Shown piece by piece: positions 62,071 through 64,000 of a stretch of DNA of 64,000 nt. Both the position numbers and the translations under genes were made by a program. The DNA is from Limisphaerales bacterium (GTDB lineage Bacteria > Verrucomicrobiota > Verrucomicrobiia > Limisphaerales > DSYF01): positions 9,881 to 73,880 of the forward strand of contig JBKBTZ010000003.1 of assembly GCA_046290825.1 (NCBI GenBank), written 5' to 3'. How positions within the stretch are numbered: position 1 is the stretch's first letter; each line of letters opens with the position of its first letter. The notes under the pieces are model-generated. The model was given only the letters and a program-made list of their open reading frames with translations. It made no database searches and was not told the origin of the DNA.

Positions 62071-63312
62071 CTATCGGACGGCGGTTCCGCCGCGCTTCAG
62101 GCCGAGGTCGTCCTCGTAGGTGCCCAGCTTGATCGCGGCGACGGACTGCTGACCGCGCAATTCCAGCCGCAGCCGTTCGATGCGGTTCTGCGCCACCTGC
62201 GCCGCGCCGGCTTCAGGGTCGAGGTCAATGATCCGCTGGAGCGTGCCGCGCACGGTGTCGTAGTCCGCGCCGCCCTTCACCTGGAAATCCGCCAGCAGGT
62301 TCAACCAGCGGACGACGTCCCGCGTCGGCTGGTTGGGGAACTGGATCAACTGCTCCAACTGATCCATCGCCAGATCCAGCCGGTGGTAGTGCTCGAGGTA
62401 AAGGCGCGCCAGTTTCTCGCGGATTTCATTGTCGTGCGGAAACTCTTCGAGGTGCTTCACCCATTGCGCGGCCTGGCGGTCCGGGTCCACCTCGGGCGGC
62501 GCGGTCACGCGGCCCCGTTCGAGGCCGGGATCGCCCTCAATGGGCGCGACCTTGAAGGTCCGGCGTTCGTTGCGCTGGTCGAGCTGCGCGCGGCTGGGCA
62601 GGTGGGCGATGCGTTGCTGCGCGCGCAAGGCCCATTCCGATTCCGGCAGCCGCTCGACGATGCGCGTCAGGGCGGCGCGCGCGCCGTCCAAATCCTGCGT
62701 GACTTGCAGATGCCAGTCGGCCAGCGCGTTCCAGGCGAGGGCGATGTTGGGGGCGGGCAGGTTGGGCAGGGCGGTGGCGCGGGCAATGGCGACTTCGGCG
62801 GCGGGCAGATCCTTGAAGTTGAGCGCCTCGATCTCGGCGAGCAGCATGTGGCCCTCGAAATCGTGGGGGAACTGCCGCAGTTGCTCACGCACCTCGGCCC
62901 GCGCGCCGTGAAAGTCGCCGCGCTGCCGCCGGGCCTGGGCGGCGGAGTATTGCGGCTTGGGTTCGGCCTCGAGATCGCCGCCGTCGTAGAGCGAAGCGAA
63001 AGGTTTGGCGATGAGCATGGTGAGGTTGTGCCGCCAGATCAGGGCGAGCACCAGGCCCATCACCGCCGCGGCCGGAATGCCGACAAACGCGCCCTCGTAT
63101 CCTCCCTGCTGAACCATCGGCACCACCACGCGGATCAGGATGGCCAGCGCGACGGCGGTCATGATCCATTTGAACAGCAGCCGGGGCGGGTCGTCTGAGC
63201 GTCGCAACGCGCGCCAGAACATCCAGCCGAGGCCGCCCACCAGCGTCACCACGAGGGCGATGCCGATCAGCCAGTCCCAAAAATCCGGCGTGGGTGCGGG
63301 GGTGGGTTGCAT
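62071..63312 (-). CDS. hypothetical membrane-anchored helical-repeat (TPR-like) protein
   Basis: ORF 62071..63606 trimmed to ATG 63312 (MQPTPAPTPDFWDWLIGIALVVTLVGG). Three predicted N-terminal TM helices, then a helical repeat region. The upstream part of the ORF is repeat DNA. Confidence 0.5.
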   Translation of the reverse strand: MQPTPAPTPDFWDWLIGIALVVTLVGGLGWMFWRALRRSDDPPRLLFKWIMTAVALAILIRVVVPMVQQGGYEGAFVGIPAAAVMGLVLALIWRHNLTMLIAKPFASLYDGGDLEAEPKPQYSAAQARRQRGDFHGARAEVREQLRQFPHDFEGHMLLAEIEALNFKDLPAAEVAIARATALPNLPAPNIALAWNALADWHLQVTQDLDGARAALTRIVERLPESEWALRAQQRIAHLPSRAQLDQRNERRTFKVAPIEGDPGLERGRVTAPPEVDPDRQAAQWVKHLEEFPHDNEIREKLARLYLEHYHRLDLAMDQLEQLIQFPNQPTRDVVRWLNLLADFQVKGGADYDTVRGTLQRIIDLDPEAGAAQVAQNRIERLRLELRGQQSVAAIKLGTYEDDLGLKRGGTAVR

Positions 63313-63380
63313 GGGGAACTCTGCGGGAACGTTCCTCCCGGTGGGCGGAAAAACAAGTGGATTGTGGGCGGCAAAGGACA

Positions 63381-63429
63381 GAAATCCGAAAGCCAGAAGT
63401 TGGAGCCTTGGGTCTCGGCCTTCGGAATT
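63381..63429. repeat. family H inverted repeat GAAATCCGAAAGCC ... GGCCTTCGGAATT
   Basis: Imperfect 13-nt arms separated by 22 nt. Confidence 0.45.
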
Positions 63430-63471
63430 AGAGCGCTGGCAACAACGTCGTGGCATCGCGAACGCTCGCCG

Positions 63472-63532
63472 CCCCTCACCCGCCCTTTGGGCACCCTCTC
63501 CCCTTCCGAAGGGGAGAGGGAAGGGTGAGGGG
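63472..63532. repeat. 61-bp nested palindrome (family G), intergenic copy
   Basis: CCCCTCACCCGCCCTTTGGGCACCCTCTCCCCTTCCGAAGGGGAGAGGGAAGGGTGAGGGG, nearly identical to 11526..11587. Confidence 0.8.
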
Positions 63533-63571
63533 CCAAGCGTTGATGGCCCGCCGCGCATGGATGGAATTGCC

Positions 63572-64000
63572 CTATATCCCCTCGCCGCCGATGAAGCCGG
63601 GCGCAAACACTTCCTGGCTGGCCACGGGCGCGCCCTTGGCCACGGCCTCGAGCGTGGCGTTGTCCATCAGCCGCGTGACGTAGTTCCGCGCGTCCAGAAA
63701 CACGCGGCGGAAGCGGCACACCGGTTCCTGCGTGCAACGTTCGTAACCCGACGTGGAGACGCAGCCGATGGGCGCGATGATGCCGTCGAAATGACGCACC
63801 ACCTCGCCCATCGTGATCTTCGCGGGCGGCTTCGCGAGGAAGATGCCACCCCGCACGCCAGCCACGCTGTCCACCCAGCCCCGGCGTTTGAGGTCGAGGA
63901 CGATCTGCTCGAGAAACCGCTTGGGCACGTCGTTGCGCCGCGCCAGTTCGCGGATGGGAATCGGCCCGCGCCCGTAGTGCTCGACCAGCGTGAACAGCGT
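63572..64000 (-). CDS. Rrf2 family transcriptional regulator; N-terminus lies beyond the window
   Basis: ORF 63572..63928 continues in frame upstream (..TLFTLVEHYGRGPIPIRELARRNDVPKRFLEQIVLDLKRRGWVDSVAGVRGG). Three Cys residues (C..C....C) suggest a cluster-binding type. Confidence 0.8.
   Translation of the reverse strand, partial: TLFTLVEHYGRGPIPIRELARRNDVPKRFLEQIVLDLKRRGWVDSVAGVRGGIFLAKPPAKITMGEVVRHFDGIIAPIGCVSTSGYERCTQEPVCRFRRVFLDARNYVTRLMDNATLEAVAKGAPVASQEVFAPGFIGGEGI

Overview
High-GC (~65%) bacterial chromosomal segment. Gene content and the repeat vocabulary suggest a PVC-group, Verrucomicrobiota-like organism, but that is inference only because no database search was possible. I support about 57 protein genes, 2 tRNAs (Gly-UCC, Pro-UGG), 1 clear intrinsic terminator, a set of sigma70-like promoters and at least 8 families of short palindromic or tandem repeats. 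The dominant feature is a minus-strand respiratory complex I operon (7034..20803): small ORF, then nuoA-B-C-D-I-H-J-K-[vapB-vapC]-L-M-M-N. It has no nuoE/F/G, two full-length nuoM paralogs and an apparently elongated NuoL. A VapBC toxin-antitoxin pair sits between nuoK and nuoL with almost no spacing. Downstream lie two tandem paralogous secreted metzincin/P-domain proteases. The rest is housekeeping: pabBC, M16 and M20 peptidases, LOG, aas, pgm, moxR, pyrC, purC, galE, accBC-aroQ, kpsF, galK plus an SSS transporter, hrpA, and elaB-yqjE-yqjK. Two more TA-like pairs are present (DUF433/DUF5615 and AbrB-Doc). Points worth a second look: (1) lineage-specific palindromic elements lie in frame inside nuoL, nuoM, hrpA and pabB, or are read through as C-terminal tails; (2) TA cassettes are inserted into operons with 1-30 nt gaps; (3) a recurrent -35/-10/ATG geometry implies leaderless first cistrons; (4) an Lnt-like gene is broken exactly at a G_GGT_TTG heptamer; (5) the complex I is of the two-nuoM type. 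Several very long ORFs in the track (up to 1174 aa) are antisense artefacts of GC-rich coding DNA. All functional calls rest on motifs I recognise by eye.
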